Of a DNA stretch of 25,253 nt, positions 24,067 through 25,253 are shown piece after piece. The DNA comes from Oligoflexus sp. GTDB lineage: Bacteria; Bdellovibrionota_B; Oligoflexia; Oligoflexales; Oligoflexaceae. How positions within the stretch are numbered: position 1 is the first letter of the stretch; every line of letters begins with the position of its first letter. The stretch covers positions 1 to 25,253 of the forward strand of contig JBGSTX010000346.1 in assembly GCA_041736305.1 (NCBI GenBank), given 5' to 3'. A program made the position numbers and the translations under genes. The notes under the pieces are model-generated. The model saw only the letters and a program-made list of their open reading frames with translations. It was not told the DNA's origin and did not search any database.

Positions 24067-25146
24067 ATGAAAAACAGCAAACAGATCGTCCGCATTTCGC
24101 TAGCGGCAGCCACCCTACTCTCACTTAATGCTTGCGGCACCAAGGATGAACGGAGCGATAGCGCAGGTAGCTCGCTCGGTCTTGAAAACCCAAGTAGTTC
24201 GCAGGTTGCACTTTCTTCCACCGTCGACGAAACCTTGGATAGTTTGAGCGACAGCAACTTCTCGAACAATGATGCAGGGCTCAGCCTCTTTGGTGATACC
24301 GGCCCCGAAAAGACCGTCGAGCGTACTTGCGCTGAGTCGGCAGACAAGGCCGTTGTCTCTATCACCCGTGAGAAATCGCGCGAAATGGAGGCGACCACGA
24401 AACGGTTCACTATTAGCAATACGGCGGCAAGTTCGACCAAAGTCGAGCGCACGTGGATGAAGGAAGGGACAGCCATCAAATGTGCGCCTAGCGGCAAGCA
24501 TGCGGCTATCGACTTCGAAGCTGATCTAAGCGGCTACAAGCTCGACATCACCGTTGACCGCACGAGTGCGCGCAGCAGCGAAAAGACCAATATCAAAACA
24601 GGAGCGGCAAGTAGCTCCGCGATGGACGCCACCGTCAAAGGCACCCGCAAAGTCGAGTGGCTGTCGCAGACTAGCGCAGCTGATGGAACGCTATCGCGCA
24701 AAAAGTCTCTAAGTTTTGCAACGCAACGCACCTCCAGCGCGACTCTTAAGAATGGCCAGACTAAGGAACTCGACCTGAGCATGGCGACGGTTGATGGCTC
24801 CCCCCTGATGGTTACTGTCAGCTGGAGCAATCCCGCTGGCTCGCGCGTATTGGCTTCCAAGCTAATCGAATCGGGAAAAATCAAGGCGTCTAAGGCTGGC
24901 TCTGGTAGTATCGAGACTAGTTTCAGCCAGGTTCTCATGAAGTTTACGAGCGACAGCTGCTCTCTAGTTTCCGGTACCGTAGAAGCCAAAGTATTTGCGG
25001 AAGGTTCAACTACTGTTAGCAAGAGCTACACAATCACCGCGGAAGACGGCGATGTAACGATGATGGACACCACCAATGCTGCCGCGCCGACAGAAGTGGA
25101 AGATTTCGAATACAGCCCCTGTGACCTGAAAGATTTCAACTTCTAA
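24067..25146 (+). CDS. Hypothetical lipoprotein, 359 aa, Ser/Thr-rich and beta-rich
   Basis: GAGGAG RBS, lipobox LNA-C, Ser-rich linker and four further Cys. Confidence 0.88.
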   Translation: MKNSKQIVRISLAAATLLSLNACGTKDERSDSAGSSLGLENPSSSQVALSSTVDETLDSLSDSNFSNNDAGLSLFGDTGPEKTVERTCAESADKAVVSITREKSREMEATTKRFTISNTAASSTKVERTWMKEGTAIKCAPSGKHAAIDFEADLSGYKLDITVDRTSARSSEKTNIKTGAASSSAMDATVKGTRKVEWLSQTSAADGTLSRKKSLSFATQRTSSATLKNGQTKELDLSMATVDGSPLMVTVSWSNPAGSRVLASKLIESGKIKASKAGSGSIETSFSQVLMKFTSDSCSLVSGTVEAKVFAEGSTTVSKSYTITAEDGDVTMMDTTNAAAPTEVEDFEYSPCDLKDFNF

Positions 25147-25168
25147 TCCTCAGCCTCAGTCCAGCCGC

Positions 25169-25197
25169 GCGGATCTCAACTGAGATCCGCTTTTTTT
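25169..25197 (+). terminator. Rho-independent terminator
   Basis: Inverted repeat GCGGATCTCA/TGAGATCCGC followed by T7, directly after the lipoprotein stop. Confidence 0.9.
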
Positions 25198-25253
25198 GTA
25201 CTCTATCTCAGATAGCAGCTAAGCACAGCGTCGAGTTGGGCACCCATCGCCTC

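Noticed and set aside
1-25253. CRISPR arrays, tRNA/rRNA genes, IS elements, prophage genes
   Set aside because: No repeat-spacer arrays, cloverleaf-like sequences, transposase, integrase or phage structural motifs were seen.

Overview
Gene-dense bacterial chromosomal window of moderate GC. The gene mix (TIGR02147-family protein, VWA/MIDAS lipoprotein, REC-REC-TPR protein, several lipoproteins, sigma28-like promoters) suggests a Bdellovibrionota/Oligoflexia-like organism; this is an inference. No rRNA, tRNA, CRISPR array or mobile element was seen. About 22 CDSs are supported, including ribA, pip, a Fur-family regulator, a DegT aminotransferase, a pectinacetylesterase-family hydrolase and a metallophosphoesterase. 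The most unusual element is a five-gene operon with overlapping junctions (15979-21736). It places a MotA/MotB-type ion-driven motor pair, with no flagellar, Tol, TonB or Zorya effector genes, among three uncharacterised envelope proteins: a multi-TM protein with an apparently dead M48/M56-like domain and two Cys-rich periplasmic proteins. Also notable are a stand-alone HPPD-type catalytic domain upstream of ribA, a TIGR02147 gene flanked by two diverged paralogous lipoproteins, a MIDAS adhesin with six tandem repeats, and a 61-aa orphan ORF with strong expression signals. All family calls come from motif recognition by eye, not database searches.
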